Shown here in pieces: positions 28,620 to 41,573 of a stretch of 64,000 nucleotides of DNA (its first letter is position 1; every line of letters begins with the position of its first letter). Origin of the DNA: Owenia fusiformis. Lineage: Eukaryota. Where the stretch lies: the NCBI GenBank assembly GCA_903813345.2, contig CAIIXF020000001.1, positions 37,386,001 to 37,450,000 on the forward strand, read 5' to 3'. The notes beneath the pieces are model-generated. The model saw nothing but the letters and a program-made list of their open reading frames with translations, did not search any database and was not told the DNA's origin. A program made the position numbers and the translations under genes.

Positions 28620-31073
28620 TGCAAAACATAGGATTCAATTAGATCAATTACGTTAGCTATACATCATGCAGCAGCACAAATCATTTAACCTTTTTATTTT
28701 ACTTAGCAGCCCACATATTGTGTTACATTTCTATGTATTATCATTTGAATAAATCATAATTTATAGCATTTATAGAGATATGATTATATGTCGACATCAG
28801 ATCTGACCCCAACATTATGTGAACAATTCACGCATATGGAAAAACAGGGGATTCTCTTTAAAATACCTGGATACGAGAAGTTTATTTTAAAATGATGACA
28901 CAATTTTGAAAAGCACATTTTTAAATCTCATACTGGATGATTACAGTTTTGCATCAAGCTATTTTACCCCTCTCCCTCCTTTTTTTCTCGGTAACACAAG
29001 CTGGATAGCTATATATATTGTGGAAGGAGGGGGGGGGCAAAGATTTGATGAAGTACTTTAAGGTTATACACTTTATAAAGAATAGATCGTCAAAAGATGG
29101 CAGCACTTATTGATAAAACTTTGATCATTTATTTGATTTGGAACATGGAAGTAATTAAAAAATTATTTTAACTCTTCTTATCATCTCTTCATAATATAAT
29201 CTTACAAAACTTTATTGGTTTTGTTCCTGTTAATCATAATTAACACATATTGTAATAATGAACGTGCACCTGCATTGCATTAATTAATGCTAACAAAAAG
29301 TTAGCTATATCAGAGCATTTCAAATACATAATGCATATTAACACAGATGCCAGATATTAAAATCATATGTTTGTAGATACTAACCTGATCTTAATATGTG
29401 TGCGTAGTAGCTACTTCAGCCTTGGAGACCAGAGTTGAAACAATCCCCTCAGAACATAGCTGTCTCTTTTCAAATGTCATGCTACATCTGTCTTGAGTAT
29501 ACTACAATTTACATTTACATAGTACGAGTAGGGACAATTGTACAATTTACATATAAAAACTGAAAACAGATTCTGAATGCCAATAGAGGATATCACAACT
29601 ATAGAAAAGTGAATAAATCTTACTTACATTTAAAACTGCATGCAGGTTTCTCTATCTCTGCTTAGTTAGTATCTTTCTAAAGCGTAATTGACATGTGCAG
29701 AGAAGGTAAATGCCCTTTTCTGCTCGACTGCCAGGTCTAATTTTGGGTCTAATTTTTGAAGTCATAGTTGTTTAATTGAAATACATGTATGAATGATGGA
29801 GTCTATGAATGTCAAAACATCTCAAAAGATATGTACCTGCTTGATTGAATGAGAGAAACTCCTGATGATGTTTTAATAACCAACATTTGCTTTACATTTT
29901 CAATACATGTATATTTGTTTATTTATGAAACTGTTTTTATGGCACATAATATTGCAAATAATTATATTCAGAAAGGTATTAGCAAAACAAATGGTATCTG
30001 TTTCTGTAGAAAAGCATAAATTAATTCCATGGCATGCAAAAGGATTTAAGGGGTTCCATGGGCATACCTGTGATGAAAAACAATTTGAAAGATATGAAAC
30101 ATTTGCTTTTACCACAAAGAAAATGCATGCTTATTATTGTTGTAGAATCAAAGAGAAAATTGTGGAAAAATGAGGGATGCTGCTTCAAATAAGATAATGA
30201 AATGAACTAAATATATTGGTAATGTGTACTTGTGAATCATGGGACTGAACTACGGAAGTATCTAATATGTATTGATGATTTCATTTAGTTCATTTTAACA
30301 TTTTCATTAAATTGATTGTCCATATATTGTAATTTTTTAAATGTCCTTTTTTACTTATGATGTTGACATTTAATGATGGTATTAATATATTTGAATATTG
30401 ATGATTATACAAATGTGTCATTTTTCTTTATTGTTTCCTCAATCCATCACTTCTGGACTGCGTCAATTGATTAAACCTTTAAAGTCAATCATATTGTCGA
30501 TTTGACGAAGAGTTATTTCTTAATGTGACCTGATCCTATTTGAATATGTTTCCTTTGGCATTTCATCTGACTGAAATAAATAGAGTACCATATAGTTGTC
30601 AATAATGAGTTTACATTCACTGTTTGAACTTAGCCATGATGAGTTGAAATTGTAGTAGATGGACAAATGAATGACATGTGGCAAAAAGGTCCTTGAACTC
30701 TCAAGGTCTCAAGGTCTACTACTTTTTTTCTTGATGTAATACCAGCCCATAAAAAATTGGATAATGCAACTGGAACTTATTACATAAGAACACAATTTTG
30801 ATGATGCAACTGAAACTTGTTTACAAGAAGTTTATTACACAAGAATTTAGAACTGAGAATCATGTACATGCAATAGCACCATTACATATGCATATTTATA
30901 TAACATTTCTTTACTTATGAACAATGCCAAATAGAAAATACTGAATTTACAGAAAAAAACATATACAGTTAACAATCCTAGAATAATTACGTAATTAGGA
31001 TTAACAAATTGTTCTCACTTAAATTGTTTTTTTTATTGAGTAAAAATAAAACGAACCTAGAACATCTTTTGTG

Positions 31074-31216
31074 CTATGTTAGAACATCCACCCCCATGTC
31101 TGTGATGAGGACAGTGTGTTCAAACTGTGCAGTTCGAGAATCATCATTCATGACTGCTGTCCAGCCATCCTCACATATAGAGATATATGGTTCTCCCCCT
31201 TCAGTCAGGATAGGCT
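31074..31216 (-). CDS. METAP1D: Methionine aminopeptidase 1D (mitochondrial), last coding exon
   Basis: ttttag| acceptor; EPILTEGG...DGWTAVMNDDSRTAQFEHTVLITDMGVDVLT, then TAG; contains the metal ligand Glu of QFEHT. Confidence 0.95.
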
Positions 31217-31576
31217 CTAAAATGCAAAGTTTTATGTTATAATATACAACATATGTTAAAAGACACAAAGAAGTTATTAGACACATCTCTGTGTAGTTGT
31301 GACATCATTTTATAACCTTGCAGCCAAAAGTAATTCCATTCAATATAAAAAACAATCCCTTTGGTACAATTTATGCTATATCTTTTGTGAAACATGCTTC
31401 TTCAGCTGCATGGATAATTACTGTTAAGTTTAGCCAAACGATTGGGACAGATCCTCCAGTCCAACTCTTTCACAAAGTATCAAACCTAACATTAAGGTTA
31501 CAATAAGTTGTCCAGATGGGTTTATTGCAAAACCAATTCTATGTCTAGAACTTTTCATAGGATCTCAATATCTCAC

Positions 31577-31624
31577 CTATAGTAAAGGTCATCCCTGGTG
31601 ACATGACAGCAGTACCTTCATCAT
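31577..31624 (-). CDS. METAP1D: METAP1D coding exon 5 (48 nt)
   Basis: ttccag|AT GAT GAA...(N)DEGTAVMSPGMTFTI(E)|gtgaga; phase 1/1; absent from the ORF track. Confidence 0.93.
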
Positions 31625-31696
31625 CTGGAATAGTGTACAAATGGGGATTTTATAAATAATGGAGACCTACAGGGAATAAAACAACTTGGATACATT

Positions 31697-32110
31697 GGAT
31701 ATCCCTGTATAAAATTATATGATGGTTGTAAAGAAGGCACAACCATACAAAATGCCTTGTGTTATTTGGATATCCCTGTATCAAGTTATATGATGGTTGT
31801 AAAGAGGGCACCACCATACGGAATGCCTTGTGTTATTTGGATATCCCTGTATAAAGTTATATGATGGTTGTAAAGAGGGCACTACCATACGGAATGCCTT
31901 GTGTTATTTGGATATCCCTGTATAAAGTTATATGATGGTTGTAAAGAGGGCACCACCATACAGAATGCCCTGTGTTATTTGGATATCCCTGTATAAAGTT
32001 ATATGATGTTTGTAAAGAGGGCACTACCATACGGAATGCCTTGTGTTATTTGGATATCCCTGTATAAAGTTATATGATGGTTGTAAAGAGGGCACCACCT
32101 TACGGAATGC
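31697..32110. repeat. 71-bp minisatellite, about 6 copies, in a METAP1D intron
   Basis: ggatatccctgtataaagttatatgatggttgtaaagagggcaccaccatacggaatgccttgtgttattt recurs at 71-bp spacing (31768, 31839, 31910, 31981, 32052). Confidence 0.95.
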
Positions 32111-32931
32111 TAGCAACCTTAACAGGTAAAAATTTAAATGTTATTTCGAGAAAGTGACTTCAAATACTGCTGTACTGTAGCCTTAGAATATACATGTTAT
32201 CAATTAAAATTATTAACGTAGATACGCATGCAACACACATTTACAAGTACATTGTACGTGTTTAAATATATGCAAAAATGTCAAAATGGGACAGGGCACT
32301 ATAAATTAACAAAAATATAATCTTTTGACCACAACATAATTCATTCATATCCCAACATGCTGATGTTTGTATACAAGCATACGAATAAATTATATTTTTT
32401 CTTGATTTTTGTTTTGGAAGTTGCAAGTCATTTTTGGAAAAGTCGGCTGTGCGTTTATTGGAGTGTGTGCGTCTGTTAGAGATAATATGGTATAAGGATA
32501 CAATTCTGTTTGTTGAGCCTTGCATCAAGACGTTGTCACAACAGACCCCCGAATCACCTATTTTCCTGGCAAGTTCATCCTGTGTTAATAAGCAGCGGAT
32601 GATATATTGTGTCAGCCCCCCAAAAATTAGCGATGACACAAAATTTGCCCCTCCCCAAACAATCAGAAGAAACATAGATTATATGACAAACTGACAATAC
32701 AAGACGTTACCTTTTAATTTTAGGCCTAATGCTAAAGAAAGCAGGCCAGGATTTATATTTTTCAATTCAAATTATATACCCCTCTCCCCTTTTGATTTCC
32801 AGGACTATGAGGGGACGACATAGAGAGGTGCTTGATGCAAGATTATTGGCATGTGCTTTCAACTCTTACCCATTCAGGGTATAACATATGAGAGATTATG
32901 TGCTAAACTAGCATACCTGACATGTATTTAC

Positions 32932-33029
32932 TGCAATGATTAACCTGAGGCAAGCCATGGAAGTACTCCCCTATACCGTGACCGCAGAAATATGGCACCA
33001 CTTGATAGCCTGCACCATGGGCAATATCT
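32932..33029 (-). CDS. METAP1D: METAP1D coding exon 4
   Basis: tttgcag| DIAHGAGYQVVPYFCGHGIGEYFHGLPQVNHC |gtaaat; contains the GHGIG metal-binding His motif. Confidence 0.95.
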
Positions 33030-33483
33030 CTGCAAAAAACAAATAAATGACGTGTACATGCACATTTAGCACTTTTAGATATTTTCTAGCTGGAATTGAA
33101 TACAACAAAATAATTGTGAAAATTAGACTCTGGTAAGATTTTGAAAGGATTGGCCCTTAAAGCAAATCATCTATTTTGATGCTCCGCATATTTACAATCC
33201 TGCAAGAGCAAGCACTTCAAAATTTTCTGTAACTATAGGTAATTGTGACCTTGTATATCAACAATGAGGATCCTGTACTGTACATTGGCAGTTCCTGTTA
33301 CAGTTGTTAAATTTCTTCTACAAACAGTAATATGAAAATACAATTCACATGAAGGCCTGAGATCAGAAATGTATAGGCTGGCTGAATCATTGGGCTCTTG
33401 AAACCCCATGGTTTGAATCACTGTGTTGGCATTGATATTGACATAGAACACAAAGAAGTAAGAAATGGATGAATAATACTCAC

Positions 33484-33647
33484 TCTATGACTTGGCCTAT
33501 CTCTGAGAAGGGAATCCCTGGTTTACATATATTGATAGCCTCATCGCGACACTTCTTTGTTGTTATTATGAGATCCATGGCAGCAGAATCTGTGTCACCA
33601 ACCACATAAGTCTCGGATAAATCCCCATGGAAACCATTGTAAAATAT
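33484..33647 (-). CDS. METAP1D: METAP1D coding exon 3
   Basis: tttatag| IFYNGFHGDLSETYVVG...CRDEAINICKPGIPFSEIGQVI(E) |gtgagt; contains the HGDxSET Asp ligand. Confidence 0.95.
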
Positions 33648-33787
33648 CTATAAAAGATGAGAAAGTTAAATGTTAGGTGGATAAGGTATATCCGTAACAT
33701 CAGAATAATCAATCATACAAAGCAACCACTTAAAAATGAGAACAATCCTTAAATAAATAGGCCATAATTAAAGAAATACGTACTTAC

Positions 33788-33979
33788 AGTTATATCAATA
33801 TTGATGATGTCAGAGTTTTCTAAAGGTCTGTCATCGGGAATACCATGGCAGGCCACATTGTTTATTGATGTACAGACTGACTTCGGGAAGTTTCGGTATA
33901 ATAGCGTTGAAGGGTATGCATTATGGTCTATTACAGTTTTATGAACAAATCTATCTATTTCATCAGTAGTTATGCCAAC
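33788..33979 (-). CDS. METAP1D: METAP1D coding exon 2
   Basis: cttttag| [13 protein letters not shown]...[44 protein letters not shown] |gtaagt. Confidence 0.95.
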
Positions 33980-34020
33980 CTAAAAGGGAATAGTTATGCA
34001 GAAAGGCAACAATGATAATA

Positions 34021-34185
34021 CAGTAAAACCTCTCTTAGTTGAACAACTTTGGAAGTTGTACCACTTGGGAGGTGTTCCACTTACAAAGGTTCATTTAACA
34101 TTAGGTCCGTTGGTCTTGGGACTCTGAAAAGTGTTCCACTAATAGAGATTTTCCACTAGAGATGTTCCACGTCTAGGTTTCACTG
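34021..34185. mobile_element. pogo/Tigger-like MITE
   Basis: TA|CAGTAAAACCT ... AGGTTTCACTG termini; internal repeated ttccact motif. Confidence 0.65.
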
Positions 34186-34430
34186 TTTATTTGAAAAAAG
34201 TTTTATAATGTACTGCTCATGAATTCAAACCATGGAAACACCCAACAAAATTGTAAAAAATCTAATACATAATATTTGTGTTTATCAAAGCAGTGGAAAA
34301 AATTATTCAATATTCTCTAGTCAATGTATGGTAAAAATATCATGTATTCACGTATCTATAGGATTGTTATAATCAAAGGTAAAAGATTTTTATACATTTG
34401 AATATAATTTGCAATTTGGCTCATACTTAC

Positions 34431-34796
34431 TTTGACAATTTCTGCAGTCAAATCAAGAACTTTCCTGGCTAGCTTACAACTTTCTCTCATTCCAGCAATC
34501 TGTACTTCATTCTTAATTTCTATCACCTTTGGACTATCATACGCTTTCTCATCATCAGGATCCTGTGCATAGGGAGGTTTAACTATGTGCTTTGGAACAT
34601 GAAGTAGACCACTCACTGATCCAGGTTTTACAACAGAGTACTTTGGTTTAGGTTTTCGAGTAAATCCAAATAGTGTCCTTACTTGCAAGTTCATTTGAAG
34701 TTGTTTCAATATCTTTCCCTGTATGTAACTGTAACTATGGTTACTCAAGCTCCTTGGTAGCTGTTGGGAGATCTTCCTGCACAGCGAACACAGCAT
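34431..34796 (-). CDS. METAP1D: METAP1D coding exon 1 (transit peptide and N-terminal part)
   Basis: attcag|ATG; the N-terminal ~60 aa are basic and lack acidic residues (transit-peptide-like); then VPKHIVKPPYA...IEIKNEVQIAGMRESCKLARKVL; AAA|gtaagt donor. Joined CDS is 1011 nt = 336 aa. Confidence 0.9.
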
Positions 34797-35085
34797 CTGA
34801 ATCAATAAAGTGTTATGGGAAATCAAACCAAGCATGCATTTATAGAAATGGCGATATTAGCTAAATAATGGCATGGAACTGATTTAATAGGGAGGGAGGG
34901 GTTATAGGATCGAGCGGTTATGTTTGATAGCATGTACATGTAAGTAGGTTCCAAGATATTCATATAAATATTATCACAAATGTCGTAACTTAGAAGTAAA
35001 AATAACTTAAAGAGAGCCAAAATGAATGCTATAAAAACAGTTACTTTAAAGTTACGTTAAATTTTCAGCTTCTGCTAGAAGGAAA

Positions 35086-36024
35086 TGTAAGTAATATAAC
35101 ATTGGTTAAAATACATTGATGAAATATTAAGGGCAGGTTTAGTAATGAATAAGGTAATGTTGTTCAGTTTCAAATTGGTTCAGTATAGCGAATACGGTAT
35201 GTTAGTATACTTTAAGGAAAAGAGAGCTTGAGCCACTTTCAATTATCATTTGGCATAAGCGTGTCTGATTTTGGCATACTCATGTCGCATTCTGGCATAA
35301 TCGTTCATATCATAAGGAAAAGTAAGTTTGCTTCCACATGAGGTACTTGTTCCTTGTCTTGAATGTTATTGTACCCATGTAACTAACCATGTTTCATAAG
35401 AAGAATGATGGGATATGTCGGGCTCGTTCCAGACATTATGTAAACAATCTTCTCACAGAATCTCTTCCACATTGCATTCCAAAGGAGGTTGATCTATGCA
35501 ATGTAATTCTTAGCAGTTTGTGTGTAATCTATTTTGGGAAACCTTCTACAGAAGTGGGAAAGTACCTCTTGTGGAATTCGGCTGTAAATGGTGAGGCAAA
35601 ACGTCTTGAGAAACAGAATCTATTACCTTAGAGGCAAAGCGCAGTTTGAAAGTCAATGTCAGTGTAGTAGACTAAATGTCTGGGTATAAAATGTGTACAA
35701 ATGAGACAGGAGCCACAGGAAGGACTGCGGGTTTTAGAAAAGATAAGAGCAGGTTAGAGAGGGCAAGATAGAAAAGCAAGATGGGTTTGGAAAGTGGAGG
35801 AATGTTTAAGATCTGTAGAAATGGAATTGTGTAGAACTATGTACGATTTGGAAACTAGAAAATAAAGTGAAGATGGAAATTATATAAAGTCTCGGCCTTT
35901 ATGTTTAGGAACTTTAGATCCGTTTACCAATAAGGGACACCAATGACATTGATCATAAAAGACTTCAAGTAATAATGGACGTTAGTCAAGAAGAACATTG
36001 GTGCTCATTTTAAATTAACGGACA
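35086..36024 (+). repeat. 5' LTR (939 bp)
   Basis: TGTAAGT...GGACA; TATAAAA at ~35684; AATAAA at ~35860. Confidence 0.96.
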
Positions 36025-36025
36025 T

Positions 36026-36039
36026 TGGTGGCAGCGGTG
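36026..36039 (+). promoter_or_regulatory. Primer-binding site, tRNA-Leu
   Basis: TGGTGGCAGCGGTG one base after the LTR, complementary to the 3' end (CACCGCTGCCA-CCA) of metazoan tRNA-Leu(AAG/UAG). Confidence 0.85.
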
Positions 36040-36899
36040 TCTTGCGAACTCACATAAAGTGAAGGACTATGGATACTTAGGAGAAGATTAAAATAATTCG
36101 ACAATTTAGAATATTGATTAGACAGGTGTAAAACTTTAAATTTGGAAAGGATTTGGGACATACATAATATAATATGGATATATTCGACGGTAATTTTTGG
36201 ATATTTCTTTCAAAGGAAATAAACATGGATTAATAATATGGAATTATCCTAGAAACTATACTATGGTAGGTGCAGTAATTGTAATTTACATTTGAACTTT
36301 TATTGACATTAGATGCTCTGAAAAGTATTGAAATTAGCATAATATAGATACACTAGCCTGTATTGAGAAACATTTCTTCTGACCTGTTTTTTAAAAAGAA
36401 CATTAATGTTATTTGGACTGTAAGAGTGATACAGCTCGAATTTTGAAAATAACCATTTACAGAACATTGATTTCCCGTGAACTGTAAAATGTTAAAACGT
36501 TTAAAGATTGAATTATCAATTAATTTGGGACAAAAATGAACATTAACCAAAATATTCTTCACAACTTGGAAGGATCTAAATATTAACAATATAAAACATT
36601 GGAGTAAACCACATTAATTTCAACATGATCATCTCTGCGTAGACTATGTCTGTGTCATCACAACCTTTTGCAAAGAACTACAACGCTACCAGAACCAAGC
36701 TTAAAATTGTTTACTTGAAATATAAAATATGTTATTTGATATGCTGTTTATGTTAAAAGTCTACAGCACCTATTGTTCAGCATCCAGAAACTCAGTCTTG
36801 TGCAATGCCGCAAAACATTTAATAAACGCATACTTAGAACATTATATGGACAATTCTTCTTGAACTGTATGATCTAAATTGAAAACTGGTAATAGCATT

Positions 36900-38280
36900 G
36901 ACAAAACATCGATAAAATGGATAACTATGAACCTGGGAATATTGTTGCCAAAATGATTGGTGATGCTAATAAAGAATTCAGACTATAAAAACACTCTCTG
37001 TGATTTACGTGGAAATTCGGAGGCAGTTGGATTTTGACATTTTAATATCACAATCTACTCAAAAAAGGCGTATTTGGGGATAATATTTCAATGTTTTTGG
37101 AACAAAGGATTTCCTGTATATCAGCAGTAACACAGCTAAACAGCAAAAACTTTCGCTAACTTTACTTCTTGATGAGGGGCATATATACAGACCTAAGACT
37201 TTCGTTTGAGGATATCAAGAAGTTGTTTCTGGTTGCAGGATAATAAGACAGTAAAGACCGAAGGACCTCAAGAGTCCGTATATTGAGAGAATCGTTGTGG
37301 ACAGATTTCGAGACTGTAAAAGGAAACTATGATTGTTTACCAATAAGAGGATCTCCTTCAGAAGAGGAATGTTGAACTTATGAAGCCACTGGGGACAATT
37401 ATGACCAAGATGTCCATAATGCCACATACAAAAGTGATCATGAACAAGCTGTTCCTTGTCATTGGGACTATTGAAGCCATTTAAGAACTGAATTTTGTTG
37501 ACATAGAGAAGATGTGTATTAAATATGGAAGACAATATTTTATTAATGATCCAGGACAGGACACTCTGATCAAGTGCTACCCAGAGGATACTTTTGATGT
37601 CTGCATGAGTGCAGATACTGGGATACCTGGTTGTTCTGAGTGTTTGTTACCAGCCAGGGTAGTATGTCATGAGAACATATGTGGGGATGAGAAATTTCTG
37701 GTGGAACAGAAGATGAGTAAATGTATGGAGTACTTACTCATATCTTGTATATTGCTGGCCAGCGCGTTGATTTTAACAAGAGTTCCACATCGTGTACTGA
37801 ACGTAGGAGAGGGCAGATGGCTATACAAAGGAACTGTCATGGAAGTGGCTTCTATTGATTTTCAAGGAGACGTCCTTGAGTCTGCTAGATTCATGGCTAT
37901 GATGAACAGTACCTGTCCTATAGATCTGGAGGAGGTTCAGTACAAACGTGATAAAAGTGTCTAATTATATAAGTGAAAGTGATGAAGGACATCACAATTT
38001 AAGAGAAAACTGTGAAGAAATCAGACGAATCTGAGAAGGACATGGCTCATATTAATTTTATAACTAAGGAGGCTTCAAAGGAACTGTACGCGAGGAGAAC
38101 TGTTGGAGAAAACATTGAGAATTCTTAGGGGAATTCAACAATGCAGTCTCAAAGACTAGAAAAGACATTGGATATACATTGACAAAAATTCTCCAGTATA
38201 CCAGAATGGACAGAGAACATTGTTAATGTCGGGTTAGATCTATAATTATATGTTTACCAAATTTGTAATTATTTTCTGAA
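36900..38280 (+). pseudogene. Decayed Cys-rich envelope/fusion-like coding remnant inside the LTR element
   Basis: The frame of ORF 37512-37964 extends back to 37380 with one stop (…ELNFVDIEKMCIKYGRQYF…); Cys-rich; RVLNVGEGRWLY motif; followed by charged heptad-like and hydrophobic fragments; lies at the env position before the PPT. Identity is inferred. Confidence 0.4.
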
Positions 38281-38869
38281 CAAAATTGATAGGTCTGGAT
38301 AGTTTATCAAAATTATTGTTTTCAGATAACATGATTTTTGATTGTACAAATCTGTAATTTTGAAAGTGATGTGCAGTGATGCGAGTGGTTATTTGCCCTC
38401 TGTAATATAATGTACATATATGTTACTCTCTATTATTACTCAATTATAATCTTATATCACTGTAAATTCAGTCATTTCAATAATAGTGTATTAGTGCTTT
38501 GCAATGGTTTTCATTTGTTTGTTAGCATGAAAATTGTTTTGGAATTTTCTATGTTTTTGTAAATGCGTTATTTAGGCTGAAGTTGAAATTGATGAAACTT
38601 TGTAATTTGTATCCTTAAAGCATTGCAATGCTAACTTGCTATGCTAGTCTTATGTATGTAGTCAAATATGTTATATGTTACTTACTCCATCTATATATCT
38701 CTCGTATATCAATTTTTCCAAAGAGCATGGACTGTAACAAATTTACTAATTATTTTGAGTGTGGTTAATATTTTTGACAAATTATACTGTTGGGTAGTTT
38801 TTACACAAAGGGTGCTATGTTGCACTGATTGAAATTGATATTATTTTGCAGACCAGGAGGTCTGAGGCT

Positions 38870-38879
38870 AAGAGGGGGG
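38870..38879 (+). promoter_or_regulatory. Polypurine tract
   Basis: AAGAGGGGGG ending 3 nt before the 3' LTR. Confidence 0.85.
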
Positions 38880-38882
38880 TAA

Positions 38883-39823
38883 TGTAAGTAATATAACATT
38901 GGTTAAAATACATTGATGAAATATTAAGGGCAGGTTTAGTAATGAATAAGGTAATGTTGTTCAGTTTCAAATTGGTTCAGTATAGCGAATACGGTATGTT
39001 AGAATATACTTTAAGGAAAAGAGAGCTTGAGCGACTTTCAATTATCATTTGGCATAAGCGTGTCTGATTTTGGCATACTCATGTCGCATTCTGGCATAAT
39101 CGTTCATATCATAAGGAAAAGTAAGTTTGCTTCCACACGAGGTACTTGTTCCTTGTCTTGAATGTTATTGTACCCATGTAACTAACCATGTTTCATAAGA
39201 AGAATGATGGGATATGTCGGGCTCGTTCCAGACATTATGTAAACAATCTTCTCACAGAATCTCTTCCACATTGCATTCCAAAGGAGGTTGATCTATGCAA
39301 TGTAATTCTTAGCAGTTTGTGTGTAATCTATTTTGGGAAACCTTCTACAGAAGTGGGAAAGTACCTCTTGTGGAATTCGGCTGTAAATGGTGAGGCAAAA
39401 CGTCTTGAGAAACAGAATCTATTACCTTAGAGGCAAAGCGCAGTTTGAAAGTCAATGTCAGTGTAGTAGACTAAATGTCTGGGTATAAAATGTGTACAAA
39501 TGAGACAGGGGCCACAGGAAGGACTGCGGGTTTTAGAAAAGATAAGAGCAGGTTAGAGAGGGCAAGATAGAAAAGCAAGATGGGTTTGGAAAGTGGAGGA
39601 ATGTTTAAGATCTGTAGAAATGGAATTGTGTAGAACTATGTACGACTTGGAAACTAGAAAATAAAGTGAAGATGGAAATTATATAAAGTCTCGGCCTTTA
39701 TGTTTAGGAACTTTAGATCCGTTTACCAATAAGGGACACCAATGACATTGATCATAAAAGACTTCAAGTAATAATGGACGTTAGTCAAGAAGAACATTGG
39801 TGCTCATTTTAAATTAACGGACA
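38883..39823 (+). repeat. 3' LTR (941 bp)
   Basis: By eye it differs from the 5' LTR by 4 substitutions and one 2-nt insertion. Confidence 0.96.
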
Positions 39824-40044
39824 GAAAGATAACAAGGAAGTTCAGCAAATTGTTTTAAAAGTTTTTAAAGAATGCCTTTGACAAGTGAACAAAAAAAATC
39901 TATAACCAGACCTATTCAAAGATGCTTAAATCGATGCAAGCAAAATTTCAAGACATTTAAACCTAAATTACCTGCACAAAAGACAGATTCATGGATGGGT
40001 CAATAAATTTATAGTAAAGGGAACTGTACTGTATATTGAATATG

Positions 40045-40710
40045 ATTTGATGGAATTTCATTTGCCATGTATTTGCCCAGGAGACCAGCTTGTCAAGGTC
40101 ATTCTGGAGTGTTAGTGCGTCCTGTTGGTTCTCGACAGACATGAAGAGGAGGCTGTCATCTGCAAATAGTTTGAGGCTGGTTGTTGGTGATAAGTCGCTG
40201 CCCATATCATTGAATATATAAGCGCAAATGCCAAAGGGAAGGGTGACTAAAAACTTTAAAGAAACCCAACAAGAAAAGCAAACTTTAAGTGTACCCTATC
40301 CCAAAACCATGATTTAACGTGAAAAGAAACAATATCTAACACCCCCCTCCCCCCTCCAATTAGCTCTAAATCCATGTTCTCGGTGGTTAGCGAGGATATT
40401 GTGGAGATCGAAGTGGTCCATAACATGGTGAAATATAATATGTTCCATTATCTTGCATGGGACTGATGTGAGAGACACAGGCCTGTAGTTTACTGCCTCA
40501 TCTCTGCGTCCTTTCTTGTATATAGCCGAGACATTGGCATGTTTCCAGTCTAAGGGTACTGACCCTGCATCAATGGATTGCTGGAAGATGATTTGCAGGT
40601 ATGGTGAAATAGTGTCACTGCATTCCTTGAGGACCCTAGTAGGTATGAGATCAGGTCCTGAGGCCTTCACAGAGTTGAGGCCTTTGAGTAGTTTGGTAAT
40701 AGACATATTT
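40045..40710 (-). mobile_element. CR1/L2-group LINE reverse transcriptase fragments, internally deleted
   Basis: KASGPDLIPTRVLKEC, WKHANVSAIYKKG, NYRPVSLTSVPCKIME, HGFR; then YINDM...LFADDSLL...LQNDLDKLVSWANTWQMKF. The intervening RT motifs are missing. Confidence 0.9.
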
Positions 40711-41573
40711 GCGATAAAGAGTTCAGATGGTAATTTACATAAATATCTCCCATGATGCATCGCTTTGGAAGGCGATTACTCTGAACGAAATGTTGCAAAG
40801 TCAAAGGTCATGATCCGCTAATTTCATTGGTGGAGGATTACATCATAGCGTATAGCATCATATTGTCGGAAGATTGCTCGAACAAAATTTCAACAAATTC
40901 TGATAAAACTAGACTAAGTGTGAATCAATTGACAATCAGCCTCTGATATTCCACCAGCGCTCGAGTACAGTTACACAATCCAATCTATTCAATAATCAGA
41001 AAGATAATCGGAGATTCTGAAAATTACATTATTTATATTTTCGATCTTCAATGGAGTCTGGGCAATTTGTGGGAAATCAGTGACATCACTGGAATTGGAG
41101 GGCATTTCCAAATAAAGATTTCTTCAGATTTGGGAATTATAGTTCAAAAAGCCTTGTTGTATATCTTAATATCATACATATCTATCATTTGTGCGAATGC
41201 AACACTACATAAATGTAGAGATTGTGATAAATGTAGAGTGATTGTAGAGAGGGGGGGGGGGCTAGAGAGTCTTTGAGTCTGTCTGGTCCATTTGGCTCGC
41301 TTGTAGATGTCACAGCCAGCACCATCTATCTAATATAAGTCTAATATCGAATAATGAAGATTGATAGTGGTTGTGCACTTTGCGAGGCGGTGATCTAAAA
41401 ACCCGGGAATTTTGAAATAAACTTTTGACCAGCAGTATTTTTGTCGCAGTGAATGCTAGGATTTCTAAAAGTATGTATATACGTCTTAATAAAATGACAC
41501 GAACTTTTTATTACATTTATAGGATACATTTATGAGAATATTTAGTTTATTTGAAAAAATATAAAAAACTTAC

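Larger units (their letters stand above)
35086..39823 (+). mobile_element. Non-autonomous LTR retrotransposon (Gypsy-like), complete with TSD
   Basis: Two TGT...ACA LTRs (35086-36024, 38883-39823); 4-bp TSD GAAA (35082-35085, 39824-39827); PBS and PPT present; the 2.86-kb interior has no recognisable gag/pol. Confidence 0.95.

Noticed and set aside
32262..32694. Overlapping 137-aa and 86-aa ORFs in a METAP1D intron
   Set aside because: No recognisable motifs, and the METAP1D CDS is complete without them.
34797..34835. Upstream in-frame ATG for METAP1D (MLGLISH...)
   Set aside because: It lies in sequence that reads as an intron end (ctttattgattcag acceptor); the AG|ATG model gives a typical 336-aa protein. 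Not fully excluded.
35389..35631. 80-aa ORF duplicated at 39188-39430
   Set aside because: It lies within the LTR; identity reflects LTR duplication and there is no recognisable domain.
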